Shown here in pieces: positions 9,308 through 19,131 of a DNA stretch of 53,261 nucleotides. This DNA is from a virus (Duplodnaviria > Caudoviricetes). The stretch's first letter is position 1. Each line of letters starts with the position of its first letter. The notes below the pieces were generated by a model, which saw only the letters and a program-made list of their open reading frames with translations, had not been told where the DNA came from and searched no databases. A program made the translations under genes and the position numbers. Location of the stretch: IMG/VR virus record IMGVR_UViG_3300047457_000194, positions 1-53,261 of that record; one strand, 5' to 3'.

Positions 9308-10687
9308 ATGCGGTCTATCCGTACTGTTGTCTCTGCCCTCATCGTCTTGGGGGCCTCGCTGTTCTCGCAACAGAGCAGCAATATCTTTCAGGCTATCCCC
9401 AATACGGCGGATACCTCGACGGGTGAAGTCCGGTTCCTTGAGAAGCGGTCCAACGGGACCAACTACTTCAGCTTCAAGGCTCCCACCTCTATGAGTGGGA
9501 ATATCCTCGTCACTCCCTTCCTCTCCCTCCCGGCCTCGACCGAGTGCGTGACTCTGTCTGCGTCTGGTCAATTGTCTACTTCCGGGTGTGGGTTGACCTA
9601 CACGCCCACAAGAACGAGCGATACGGTGCTAACGCTTCCGGCAATTGCGGCAGATCAACTGGGCGTAGCTTCATACAACTGCGGGGCCATTTCTGCGGGG
9701 GCAACATTCACCGTTTCCTCGGGAACCGGAACTCTGTGGATCGCCCTTGCGAATGACTGCACGGTTGTCGTTCGCCACAACGTGACGGGAACTTGCTCTG
9801 CTGGATGCACCGCTGTATCCGGCGCTTCTGGGTTCGATCCGGCTGATCTGCCCTTGCATCAGTGGACTGTTACGACAGCCGTTCTGGCCGCAAATGGAAC
9901 GGCAAAACTGACTGCGTATCGGTCGCAGGGAATCGCGGCTGGGTCTGGGGTTTCGTTCTCTACGTCATCCGGGGTAACAACGATCTCGGCCTCTCCAGCG
10001 TTCAATCCTATCGACACCACGGCCTCGTATCTCCGCGATGAGTTCCCTCCCGGCACTTCATACGACGGAACGACGAGTATCGTTGGGCAACTGCGCTGGG
10101 TGCGGTCCACGAACCCGACAGTTGCGCCGAATGTCACGAATCTCGATGCGAACCACCCCGGCATCATACGGGTGACGAACCAAGCTGCCAGTGCTTCGTC
10201 GATTGACTTGGCGCAAGGACAGGCGTTTTCATCGAGCCTGTCTGCTTATAGCGGATGGGAGGCGCGGTATATTTTCCGTCCCAATTCCGCTACCGTAGTG
10301 CATCGAATTGGGTTCTGGAACGCCTTCGCCACGAATCCAACGGATTACGTTGGGCTTTACTACGACAGCGCGTCTCACACTAATTGGCAAGCAGTGATGC
10401 GAGCTGCAAGCGGATCAACGCTAACGTCCGATACGGGCGTGGCTTATTCCACCTCCAACTGGTTCACTCTCCGTATCCGGTCTGAGGTTACCGGTACGAT
10501 TCGTATATCCATCGCCACAAACGGTGGCGCGTTCTCGACGGAGAAGACGGTTTGTGCGAGTGGGTGCGACATCAGCGGGACGATGCCAACGACCAACATG
10601 TCGCCGTTTTTCTATATCTACACAGCAGCCGGTACCGCCAACATGGACATCGACTTCTTTGGTTGGAAGAGTACGGTGACCCGATGA
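9308..10687 (+). CDS. Signal-peptide-bearing tail-fibre-like protein
   Basis: RBS AGGAAGG; N-terminus MRSIR-TVVSALIVLGA-SLFS|Q; fibre-type segment GEVRFLE..NGTNYFSFKAP; 8 Cys; lectin-like beta C-terminus (inferred). Confidence 0.7.
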   Translation: MRSIRTVVSALIVLGASLFSQQSSNIFQAIPNTADTSTGEVRFLEKRSNGTNYFSFKAPTSMSGNILVTPFLSLPASTECVTLSASGQLSTSGCGLTYTPTRTSDTVLTLPAIAADQLGVASYNCGAISAGATFTVSSGTGTLWIALANDCTVVVRHNVTGTCSAGCTAVSGASGFDPADLPLHQWTVTTAVLAANGTAKLTAYRSQGIAAGSGVSFSTSSGVTTISASPAFNPIDTTASYLRDEFPPGTSYDGTTSIVGQLRWVRSTNPTVAPNVTNLDANHPGIIRVTNQAASASSIDLAQGQAFSSSLSAYSGWEARYIFRPNSATVVHRIGFWNAFATNPTDYVGLYYDSASHTNWQAVMRAASGSTLTSDTGVAYSTSNWFTLRIRSEVTGTIRISIATNGGAFSTEKTVCASGCDISGTMPTTNMSPFFYIYTAAGTANMDIDFFGWKSTVTR

Positions 10688-13041
10688 AAGTCCTGATCCT
10701 TTCCCTTATCTCCATTCTTCCGGTGGCGGCGCAAATCACCGCATCACCTTCTTCTGTAAAGGTCACCATGCGGCGCATGGGTGCCTTCCCGATGCAGGCT
10801 TCGAGGCCTCCTGCGCCTGTCCAAATCACGATCTCAGGCACCGGATCGTGGAACATGTCGCGCAGCGGATCGCTTTCTACGGCATGTGGCGCGGCCTACG
10901 GATACTGCTTTAACGCCGTCAACTCGGTAGGGACACTGTGCAACGGGGCGCTTCCGACCGGATCTGGTGCTGGAACAACATGGCTCTGCTTTAACGGCCT
11001 GGTAACGAGCAACCTAGCTGTCGGCACTCACACTGGCACGCTCACTATTGGATCGACCAATATAGCGATCACACTTGTTGTCGAGGAGCAAAACGCCTAT
11101 AACGCATGGGGTGGGTTGTTGGGTTACCCTGTCGGATGCTCCAACTCAAACGCCTCCCAGTACGATACGGTTGATACCTGCACGATCACTGACGAGAGGC
11201 CGACTTCAACGGCATTCTCTATTCCGGCGCAGGGAGGGAGCTATGTCGATCCTCAGTTTGGAAGCACCGTAACGCGCATTACTGCCTCAGGACAGAATAT
11301 TCAATACGGAGCCCTATCGGCGTTCAGTGCCACTGGAAAGTATATTATGACCAGTGATCTATCTGGGAACGTCGATATCTACAACCGTGCGACGGCCACA
11401 GAGGCGTATGCAAATGTTCCTTCTGTGAACATAAACTTCGCTGCGTGGGATCCGTATGATGATGAAAAGCTGTGGTTTATGGATGGGGCGTCGATCAAAT
11501 ATCGAGTCCTAAGCACCAGCACGACAACCACTGCCGCGACGTATGCCTACAACCTGACCATGGGCGGGACGGTGGACATCACTGATGACGGATGGTGGGC
11601 GTTTCGCAACTCTGCAACGAACGCTGGCGATATTTGCGCGGTAAATCTTAACGGCCTGACTACGGGCAACCAGTCGTCGAAGACATTTTGCGCGTCCATG
11701 TCCAGCTTGAGCTTGACGGATATTGATTTCACGCAAATCACTCAAGTGGACAGCGAATCCAATAAGCGATATGTAATTGCCGTTGCTGCCCCGAGCGCGC
11801 AGGTTTGGAGCGTTGGGAGTAGTGGGCTCGTGTACGAGTACCCAATTCCGAGCGGTAACGGAGGAGACGTGACCGTAGAGCCGCACAGCGATGTGGGTCA
11901 GGATGAGATGGGTAGGCAGGTTTTTTGGTGGAACTGGTACGATCCGTACGGAAATCGCTACTACCTTGGCGCGATTCAGTTGAACAAGGGCGCTGAGATG
12001 ACGCGACCCGTAGAGGCTGGCGGTGGGTTGAGGATCTTGGCACTTGACAATCCCGCCGACTTCACTACTGATGCTCATTTTGGATGCACTTGGCGAGGCG
12101 TCTGCACCTACACTCCATACGGAAACTCAGGCGGGATCACGGCAAAACAAATTCAGTCCATCACTGCCGCCAATCCTTGCCAGATAAACTCAACGAGCCA
12201 CGGCTACTCGTCGTCAGATTCTGTCCAGATCGGTGGAGCGGCTGGAACAGGTGTGTCCGCGATGAACGCGATTCACACTGTCACTGTGGTCAGCGCCAAT
12301 GCCTACACCATTCCAGTGGATTGTTCATCCGGGTGGACGTATACTGCCAACTCCGCTCACTCGGCCTTGTCGGCTGCATCAGCCAGCAAACCGTTCCGCC
12401 AAGAGATAATGATCTCCAGGGTTGGGCAGTGGGTTCGTCGGCTTGCGATTCATCGTTCGAAGATTTACAGTGGCGGATCTCTCGTTGGATACTATGCCAC
12501 CCCACGAGCCTCGGTCTCTCGGGATGGAGCGTATATGGCCTACGCCTCGAACATGGGCGTCCCTGAGCAGGCCAGTGTGTATGTGGTTGCAACTGGTATA
12601 ACTACGGCTCAACGGCTGGCTGTCTCGACCACTCCAGCTGACACCAGCGTAGTTTTTAACTACACAATGCCTTCCAGCAACCAATTATCGGCAACAATAG
12701 TTATCTCCACAAGTCCGATGCTTGCCACTCCTGTTGTCAATGCCTCAGATGGACTGACGACGGTATCCAGGCAGTACGTTGCCTCTGGCCTTTCGGCTGA
12801 TACGGTTTACTATTTCCGAATTTCAACTACCGGGTACTCTAATACGGGATCGTTTCGCACTGCTCCGACGTTGACCGGGACTTCGATTCTCAGTTTAGTT
12901 CTCGGTGGAGGTGGGTCTATTCAGTACGGACCCACATCAGCACTCGGCAATTCCGGCGCAAGTCCGCTGACGTTGACCGTAAGCAAGGGCTTGTACTACT
13001 ACAATAACGGTGGTGGAGTGCAGGCGATTGTAGTTCGCTAA
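10684..13041 (+). CDS. Signal-peptide-bearing multidomain surface/adhesin-like protein
   Basis: Probable start is ATG 10684 (ATGA overlap), not 10552; MKVLILSLISILPVAA|Q; Ig-like N-domain, propeller-like middle (YVDPQFGSTVTRIT), FN3-like end (GLSADTVYYFRI); 12 Cys. Confidence 0.7.
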   Translation: MKVLILSLISILPVAAQITASPSSVKVTMRRMGAFPMQASRPPAPVQITISGTGSWNMSRSGSLSTACGAAYGYCFNAVNSVGTLCNGALPTGSGAGTTWLCFNGLVTSNLAVGTHTGTLTIGSTNIAITLVVEEQNAYNAWGGLLGYPVGCSNSNASQYDTVDTCTITDERPTSTAFSIPAQGGSYVDPQFGSTVTRITASGQNIQYGALSAFSATGKYIMTSDLSGNVDIYNRATATEAYANVPSVNINFAAWDPYDDEKLWFMDGASIKYRVLSTSTTTTAATYAYNLTMGGTVDITDDGWWAFRNSATNAGDICAVNLNGLTTGNQSSKTFCASMSSLSLTDIDFTQITQVDSESNKRYVIAVAAPSAQVWSVGSSGLVYEYPIPSGNGGDVTVEPHSDVGQDEMGRQVFWWNWYDPYGNRYYLGAIQLNKGAEMTRPVEAGGGLRILALDNPADFTTDAHFGCTWRGVCTYTPYGNSGGITAKQIQSITAANPCQINSTSHGYSSSDSVQIGGAAGTGVSAMNAIHTVTVVSANAYTIPVDCSSGWTYTANSAHSALSAASASKPFRQEIMISRVGQWVRRLAIHRSKIYSGGSLVGYYATPRASVSRDGAYMAYASNMGVPEQASVYVVATGITTAQRLAVSTTPADTSVVFNYTMPSSNQLSATIVISTSPMLATPVVNASDGLTTVSRQYVASGLSADTVYYFRISTTGYSNTGSFRTAPTLTGTSILSLVLGGGGSIQYGPTSALGNSGASPLTLTVSKGLYYYNNGGGVQAIVVR

Positions 13042-13068
13042 GGGGCATAACCATATAGGGAGATTTCA

Positions 13069-13320
13069 GTGGGTACTTTGAACATCGATAGACCGGAAAG
13101 CCTTACGACCCAGCAGAAGCTGGATATCCGAGAGATGCAGATCGAGATGATGAACATCACCATCGAGCAGGAGCGGGTGGTCAAGATCTTCGATGAACTC
13201 AAGAAGAAGCAGGAGGAGATCCGCTCTCGGATGGAGTCGTATAGCGCCAAGCTTGGGACAGAAGAGCAGCTTTCCGTCTGGCATCTTGACGACAAGTTGG
13301 AGTGGGCCGAGAGGAGCTAG
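13069..13320 (+). CDS. Small coiled-coil protein
   Basis: RBS GGGAGA, GTG start; heptad-like charged helix. Confidence 0.6.
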   Translation: MGTLNIDRPESLTTQQKLDIREMQIEMMNITIEQERVVKIFDELKKKQEEIRSRMESYSAKLGTEEQLSVWHLDDKLEWAERS

Positions 13321-13326
13321 CGACAC

Positions 13327-14019
13327 ATGAAGCCTCTGGAGACAATTGGCGCAATACCTGTAGTATGCTCCCCGCATACATACACGGAGTATAGTGGATT
13401 CACTTACAATGCTTCTACGCAGACACTGTCTGTCGTCAATGTCTCTTCTACTGCTGTCTCGTTTACCTCATTTGCTGGCGCTAATCACGATCACCAGTCC
13501 GTGAATGGCGGCGGTGTTTTGAATGCTGCGGCAATCGGATCTGGCACGATTGCTACGGCAAGACTTGGGAGCGGGTCCGCAAGTGCTGCTACATTCCTTC
13601 GCGGGGATCAGACGTGGGCCACGCCTCCGGGTGGATCTTCCGCGAATGTTGGAACGACTACTGTGAATTTCGGATCGTTCCCTGGGTGTTCGGATACTTC
13701 CGTTTCTGTTACTGGTCAGGCTGGGATTCTCGCTGGCTCAGTGGTCAACGCATGGATCTACCCGTCCAGCACAGCAGATCACACGGCAGATGAGCATATC
13801 GTGGAGACGATTCAGGTCTACGCTGGGAATATTGTTGCCGGGGTTGGGTTCACAATCTACGCCAGGAATACTTCCCAGCTAAACGAACCGCTTTCTTCCG
13901 GGGGTGTCACGGGGTTTCGCCCAGCGGCTGGTACTGTGTATGGAGAGCCGAACGCCTCGGTTGGCGGGAAAGGCACCAGGATCTACGGGTCCTGGAGCGT
14001 TGCTTGGCAATGGTCGTAG
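13327..14019 (+). CDS. Tail-fibre-like protein
   Basis: Fibre-type repeat GTIATARLGSGSASAATFLRGDQTWA. Confidence 0.65.
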   Translation: MKPLETIGAIPVVCSPHTYTEYSGFTYNASTQTLSVVNVSSTAVSFTSFAGANHDHQSVNGGGVLNAAAIGSGTIATARLGSGSASAATFLRGDQTWATPPGGSSANVGTTTVNFGSFPGCSDTSVSVTGQAGILAGSVVNAWIYPSSTADHTADEHIVETIQVYAGNIVAGVGFTIYARNTSQLNEPLSSGGVTGFRPAAGTVYGEPNASVGGKGTRIYGSWSVAWQWS

Positions 14020-14039
14020 TGGAATAGGATGATACTGTA

Positions 14040-14696
14040 ATGGCTATTCAGATTCAGGGCAACAGCGGAACTGTCATGGAGGTCAGTGGAACTGGCTTCA
14101 GAGCGATCCGCATGGAGAAGAGGCCGCTTGAGTATGGCGTTCTTGGGTCGTACTCGCTTTCGATGCTGTCCGGTACAATCGGCGCTGGCCTAGCTGCCAA
14201 CGCAGAGATCTTTCAATTCAGATGGACGGACTCCACTCGGCTTTGCGCTGTACACGAGGTGATCATCGATGGCCTTGGCGGGTCAGCGACTGCATTCGCC
14301 GCTGGATTTGCGAAGGTTGATTGCCTGATCGCTAGATCTTTTAACGCGGCTGGCACTGGTGGGGCAACGGCCACGCTTACTGGCAACAACCAGAAGCTCA
14401 GAACCGCTATGGGAAGCACTCTTCTCGGTGAAGCCCGATGTGCATCTACCGCTGCTCTTGGGGCAGGCACGAAGACGCTAGACTCTCAGGCTATCGGCCA
14501 GTATGCGTTTAGCGTTGGCACGACCGCAAGCGTTCAGTACATAAATCAGCTTGCCCTTTTCTCTGACGATACGTTCGGTGACCATCCGATAATCCTCACT
14601 CAAAACGAAGGGTTTGTTGTTCGCGCAACTGTTCCCGCCACCGGAACATGGCAGTTTGGAGTCACTGTTCGTTGGACTGAGGTTGCCTCGTACTAG
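14040..14696 (+). CDS. Hypothetical structural protein
   Basis: 218-aa G/A/T-rich beta-type ORF. Confidence 0.6.
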   Translation: MAIQIQGNSGTVMEVSGTGFRAIRMEKRPLEYGVLGSYSLSMLSGTIGAGLAANAEIFQFRWTDSTRLCAVHEVIIDGLGGSATAFAAGFAKVDCLIARSFNAAGTGGATATLTGNNQKLRTAMGSTLLGEARCASTAALGAGTKTLDSQAIGQYAFSVGTTASVQYINQLALFSDDTFGDHPIILTQNEGFVVRATVPATGTWQFGVTVRWTEVASY

Positions 14697-14789
14697 CCGA
14701 TCTGCGTCCTAACGGTGCGCCGATTAAAGTCCTGTGTTTGTGGATTGGCTAAAGGGCATATCATTTGTTTAGGAGCCAGGAGAATCTGA

Positions 14790-15128
14790 ATGCAGAAGTT
14801 CAAACGCACATCCGGCGGTGGGATTGAGTATCGAGGGCATACCTTCCCTGGCTTCAACAAGCCGATCAAGTCCAGCAAGCCCGAGAAGAAGAAGATGGTA
14901 CTTGCCAAAGAAGGTGATCAGGTAAAGCTGGTTCACTTTGGTGACGCATCGATGGGCCACAACTACAGTGCTGCGGCGCGAAAGAGCTACATGGCTCGTA
15001 GTGCTGGCATCAAGGGCAAGGACTCTAAGCTCTCTGCGAACTACTGGTCTAGAAAGGTTCTGTGGGCTGGGCCTGCTGGCAGCAAGAAGGCTCCCCCGGC
15101 TTCGCAGAAAAAGAAGCTATATGAATAG
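14790..15128 (+). CDS. Conserved basic phage protein
   Basis: RBS AGGAGA; KKKMVLAK..VHFGD..ARKSY..SANYWSRKVLW. Confidence 0.7.
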   Translation: MQKFKRTSGGGIEYRGHTFPGFNKPIKSSKPEKKKMVLAKEGDQVKLVHFGDASMGHNYSAAARKSYMARSAGIKGKDSKLSANYWSRKVLWAGPAGSKKAPPASQKKKLYE

Positions 15129-15390
15129 TGATCTGACTTGCAAAAAGCTGACCGCTGCCGGGTACGTCTTTGAAGGCCCTGGCCGAGTGGTTACGATCTT
15201 CGCGCATTCGGCTTTGGCTGGATCCTTTCAGCTTCGAGATGGTGGTCCTTCCGGTGAGATCTTGATAGACATATCGTTTCCGAACAACGCAACAACGCCC
15301 ATCTTGCTGGGTGGAAACGGTGTTCGATTTGATACGAGCATCTACCTTACGGCTACCGCTATCGACGCAATCACAGTGTGCTGGGGGTAA
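15121..15390 (+). CDS. Hypothetical structural protein
   Basis: ATG 15121 overlaps upstream stop; LRDGG..GVRFDTSIY. Confidence 0.65.
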   Translation: MNSDLTCKKLTAAGYVFEGPGRVVTIFAHSALAGSFQLRDGGPSGEILIDISFPNNATTPILLGGNGVRFDTSIYLTATAIDAITVCWG

Positions 15391-15392
15391 TC

Positions 15393-15557
15393 ATGAAGGG
15401 CCAAATGAAGATGTCGGCGCAGCAGCAAGGCAAGGTTGGCAAGGTCATGCACGAGTTCAAGGCCGGGAAGCTCAAGTCTTCCTCCGGTCAGAAGGTCACG
15501 AACCCGAAGCAGGGCATTGCTATCGCACTGTCGGAAGCTCGGAGGGTTGAGAAATGA
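15393..15557 (+). CDS. Small basic DUF6496-like protein (not in ORF track)
   Basis: Translates to MKGQMKMSAQQQGKVGKVMHEFKAGKLKSSSGQKVTNPKQGIAIALSEARRVEK. Confidence 0.75.
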   Translation: MKGQMKMSAQQQGKVGKVMHEFKAGKLKSSSGQKVTNPKQGIAIALSEARRVEK

Positions 15558-15718
15558 TCGGTCGATTCAGCATGGGGAAGCAGGTCGGCACCCCTTCGAT
15601 GTCGAGAAAGACGGGCAAGTCCGCTAAAGCACAGTTCGGTACTGGCGCGTATTCCAAGCCTACTGTCGCTCGGAAGTTCTCCAAGCTCCAGGCACCGAAG
15701 GTGAAGAAGGGCTTCTAG
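15554..15718 (+). CDS. Small basic protein (not in ORF track)
   Basis: ATGA overlap; MIGRFSMGKQVGTPSMSRK...KVKKGF, 54 aa; fills the gap before 15730. Confidence 0.6.
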   Translation: MIGRFSMGKQVGTPSMSRKTGKSAKAQFGTGAYSKPTVARKFSKLQAPKVKKGF

Positions 15719-15729
15719 AGGTTCAGATA

Positions 15730-16422
15730 ATGTCTACTTCAGGAACTGCGAACTGGAACATCAACATCCTCGACATCATCGAGGAGGCGTATGAGCGTGT
15801 GGGTATCGAGGTCAAGGGTGGCTACGAGATCCGAACGGCGCGGCGCAGTCTCAATCTTCTCTCTATGGAGTGGGCGAATCGCGGACTGAATCTGTGGTGC
15901 GTGGAGCAGGAGACCCTGCCTCTGGTCGCCGGGACCGCCACCTACGCTCTGCCATCTGACACCATCGATGTACTTGAAGGCGTTGTTCGCACATACGCTG
16001 GGCAGACGAATCAGCAGACGGACATCGCCATCACGCGCATCTCCTTCGTTACCTACAACACCCTGCCCAACAAGCTCGTTCGCGGCACGCCGATTCAGTA
16101 CTACGTTGCTCGTGATCGGGACAACCCCGAGATCACCTTCTGGCAGGTGCCTGACGATACGCTCTCGCGCCAGTTCGTGTACTATCGCTTGCGCCGTCAA
16201 CAGGATGTAGGCACGAATGCGAACAACAATATGGATGTTCCCTTCCGCTTTGTACCGGCGCTGATCTCCGGTTTGGCGTATCAGCTAGCGTGCAAGCGCC
16301 CTGAGGCCTTCGCTCGGATCCCCGATCTGAAGGCGCTGTACGAAGAGGACTTTCAACGCGCCGCAGATGAAGATCGTCAGCGGTCTGCTGTCATGCTCGT
16401 TCCTGGGGGATACGGCTGGTAA
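15730..16422 (+). CDS. Head-tail adaptor protein
   Basis: IIEEAYER.G, ARRSLNLL..EWANRGLNLW, PFRFVPAL..GLAY; neck position. Confidence 0.75.
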   Translation: MSTSGTANWNINILDIIEEAYERVGIEVKGGYEIRTARRSLNLLSMEWANRGLNLWCVEQETLPLVAGTATYALPSDTIDVLEGVVRTYAGQTNQQTDIAITRISFVTYNTLPNKLVRGTPIQYYVARDRDNPEITFWQVPDDTLSRQFVYYRLRRQQDVGTNANNNMDVPFRFVPALISGLAYQLACKRPEAFARIPDLKALYEEDFQRAADEDRQRSAVMLVPGGYGW

Positions 16423-16730
16423 TGTACGCTTCCGGTAAGCACGCAATTGCGATGTGTGATATCTGCGCTAGGCAGGTAAAGTACACGTCTCTAAAGAAGT
16501 ACATATACAACCAGAGATGGAATGGCCTTCTTGTGTGTGAAGAGTGTTTCGACGTAGACAACCCGCAGCTTCAGATCGGCCATTACGTCAGAGGGGAGTC
16601 TATCGCCCTCTATGACCCCAGGACAGCGTCTCCCCAGAACCCTCCGACTCGCGAGTATTTTGGTTGGAACCCTGTTCTACCAAACAAGATCTACGTTACC
16701 CTTGGTCGGGTTACAATCGCTATCAGTTAA
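16422..16730 (+). CDS. Zn-ribbon hypothetical protein
   Basis: CDIC...VCEEC; TAATG coupling. Confidence 0.7.
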   Translation: MYASGKHAIAMCDICARQVKYTSLKKYIYNQRWNGLLVCEECFDVDNPQLQIGHYVRGESIALYDPRTASPQNPPTREYFGWNPVLPNKIYVTLGRVTIAIS

Positions 16731-16739
16731 GGAAATCAC

Positions 16740-18014
16740 ATGCCGAAGTTCAAGAAGGTTATCAGAAGGCAGACGGGCGGCAGGACGCCAGAGCAAGTTC
16801 CGGCATGGCTTCGTTCGATTTTTGAACCTGGGATTGCAGGAACAGCCGCGTTCAATAAGGCCGTCGAGGGATTGAAGCAAAGCTGGAATCAGTCTGGGAA
16901 TCTCAAGTCCGACTACGGATCTGGTTATTCTGTCCCGGCTCAATCGCCGCAGATTACGGCTGGAGTTGCTCCTGTCGATACCCGCCCTTCTTCTCAGATT
17001 GCCCCCTCTGCGTTGCCCAAGGTTGGGGCTCCTCTGGGTCGGACCCGTGTGCGTAGCGCCCCAATGCCAGCCAAAAGAGCTTCCGTTCCTGTGTATTTGG
17101 ATCGGGATATGGGTGCGATTTCCGGTATGCTTCAGTCTCAACCAGAGTTGATGAAGGCTGCTGCTCTCGGAGTCCCTGGTCTTCCAGCGGCTGAGGTCGA
17201 GGGGGAGGGGGCCGAGCTTGCCTCCATGATGGCCGCTTCCGGCAAAGGTAGCCCCATCGCTGAAGGCTCTATCCCTAAGACCAAAGCTGGCATGAAGAAG
17301 TTCATGCAGGAGTACGGCAAGTTTATTGCTCTCGGTGCTATGGCTGGCGCTGGCGGCAAGGGTGGACAGATCGCTGCTCCGATTATGGCGGCGCTCCCTG
17401 GTCTCATTGAGATGATGAAGGGGCGCGGAAAGGACAAAGTGAACAAGAAAGCCGATGGCGGGAAGCTGTTTGATGCGCTTGAATCCGCTTATGCAGAGTT
17501 CGACAAGGACAAGTACTCGAAGGGCAAGCTCAAGACTGGGGCAAAGCGTGACGAGGAGATGCGCTCTGTAGCCAAAGAGCGCATGGAGAGGTTCTCCCCT
17601 AAATCTCCATCTACTATGGTTCAATACAACCCCCAGCAGGGGTCTTGGTATACGCCGAGTGGGTTCCGTGAGTTTGAGGATTACGGAGAGCGAAAGAGGA
17701 AGTCTGACGAATCTGAAAAGAAGAGTGGCTCCTCGAAGAAAAGCGAAGGCGGCGCTATCCGCAAATTCAAAGGAGGTTCCATGAATACGAAAGACAGCAT
17801 GTTCACCCCGAAGTACAAGAAGGGTGGCGATATGCCCAAGGGCAAGGCTGCGGGTGAAATGCCCCAGCACAAGAAGATGGCGATGGGCAAATCCACTCCG
17901 CAAAGCACGGGTCAGAAGTTCGCCAAGGGCGGCACTGCGAAGTACGCTGGCGGCGGGATGTGCAAAGGCTACGGCATCTCGAAGAAAATTCGCCCGACCG
18001 GGCCGATGAACTAG
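16740..18014 (+). CDS. Basic low-complexity protein with repeated xxxGG motifs (putative internal virion protein)
   Basis: RQTGG, KADGG, KSEGG, FKGG, YKKGG, FAKGG, YAGGG; K/M/G-rich. Confidence 0.65.
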   Translation: MPKFKKVIRRQTGGRTPEQVPAWLRSIFEPGIAGTAAFNKAVEGLKQSWNQSGNLKSDYGSGYSVPAQSPQITAGVAPVDTRPSSQIAPSALPKVGAPLGRTRVRSAPMPAKRASVPVYLDRDMGAISGMLQSQPELMKAAALGVPGLPAAEVEGEGAELASMMAASGKGSPIAEGSIPKTKAGMKKFMQEYGKFIALGAMAGAGGKGGQIAAPIMAALPGLIEMMKGRGKDKVNKKADGGKLFDALESAYAEFDKDKYSKGKLKTGAKRDEEMRSVAKERMERFSPKSPSTMVQYNPQQGSWYTPSGFREFEDYGERKRKSDESEKKSGSSKKSEGGAIRKFKGGSMNTKDSMFTPKYKKGGDMPKGKAAGEMPQHKKMAMGKSTPQSTGQKFAKGGTAKYAGGGMCKGYGISKKIRPTGPMN

Positions 18015-18036
18015 TTCTCTGAGCTAGTCTATAAAC

Positions 18037-18696
18037 ATGACCTACGCTGAACTCGTACAGCAAATTAAGGACTACATCCAATCCGAGGAGACGACCTTTG
18101 TCTCCAATCTGGACGGGATCATCCAGCTCGCCGAGCAGCGTATCAACAGGGATGCGAAGTCTCCTGACTCCAGGTCATCTACTACTGGAACGTTCTCAAC
18201 TCAGACAATAACCACACCAAGTGATTTCGTTATCCCTCTGAGTCTGTTCGTCAGTGTGGGTGGCCTGGAGGTTGGTCTTCTACTGAAGGAGCCCTCGTAT
18301 CTCACAGAGGCTTACGGTGTGTCTGCGTCCTCTGCTGGTTCTACTGGTGATCCTGCATACTACGCCATACAGACTTCGTCTACTGGCGGGACTAGCATCA
18401 TCGTAGCGCCATCACCAAGCTCCCTGCTCAACTACACCCTGTACTACTACTCCGCGCCGGATACGATCACTTCCGGCGGAAGCAGTGCTACCACCTGGGT
18501 CAGCACCTACTTCCCTCAAACTCTTTTGTACGGGTGTCTTTCTGAGGCGTACACCTTCCTGAAGGGTGATCCGCAAATGCAGCAGCAGTACGAGAAGCTG
18601 TATCAGCTTGGGTTGATGGAACTCAAGAACGTCTGCGAGGACGAGCAGCGCATGGACAACTACAGAAACCCCGACAGCAAAAGGAACATTGGTTAA
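18037..18696 (+). CDS. Second adaptor/tail tubular A-like protein
   Basis: MTYAELVQQI..Y, LAEQRI.RD, LLYGCL.EAY.FLK. Confidence 0.7.
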   Translation: MTYAELVQQIKDYIQSEETTFVSNLDGIIQLAEQRINRDAKSPDSRSSTTGTFSTQTITTPSDFVIPLSLFVSVGGLEVGLLLKEPSYLTEAYGVSASSAGSTGDPAYYAIQTSSTGGTSIIVAPSPSSLLNYTLYYYSAPDTITSGGSSATTWVSTYFPQTLLYGCLSEAYTFLKGDPQMQQQYEKLYQLGLMELKNVCEDEQRMDNYRNPDSKRNIG

Positions 18697-18699
18697 CAC

Positions 18700-19131
18700 A
18701 TGGCGTTCACTGGTAGCTATGTAACGGATTCATTCAAGCAGCAGTTGTTTCTTGCTGTCCATGACTTCTCTGTGGACGTGATCAAGATCGCTCTCTACAC
18801 GAGTTCTGCGACAATCGACAACACCACTACCGCGTATAGCGTCACCAATGAAGTCTCTGGCGCTGGCTATAGTGCTGGCGGAAACACACTGACATGCACT
18901 CTGACCTCAAGCGGCGGCTATGCGATTCTGGACTTCGCTGACGTGAACTGGACCACAGCCAGCTTCACCTGTCGCGGCGCTTTGATCTACAATTCGTCGA
19001 AGGCAGACAAGTCGATCTTCGTTCTGGACTTCGGCACGGATAAAACGGTATCCGGCGGTACGTTCTCTGTGCAGTTTCCTGCCGCAGATGTGAACAACGC
19101 AATCGCCGTCATTAGCTCGGTGACCAACTGA
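18700..19131 (+). CDS. Conserved tail structural protein
   Basis: SFKQQLF..HDF..IKIALY, RGALIYN, VLDFG.DK. Confidence 0.7.
   Translation: MAFTGSYVTDSFKQQLFLAVHDFSVDVIKIALYTSSATIDNTTTAYSVTNEVSGAGYSAGGNTLTCTLTSSGGYAILDFADVNWTTASFTCRGALIYNSSKADKSIFVLDFGTDKTVSGGTFSVQFPAADVNNAIAVISSVTN

Noticed and set aside
10552-10683. Tracked upstream start of the 829-aa ORF
   Set aside because: Overlaps 9308..10687 by 136 nt; ATG 10684 gives ATGA coupling and a clean signal peptide
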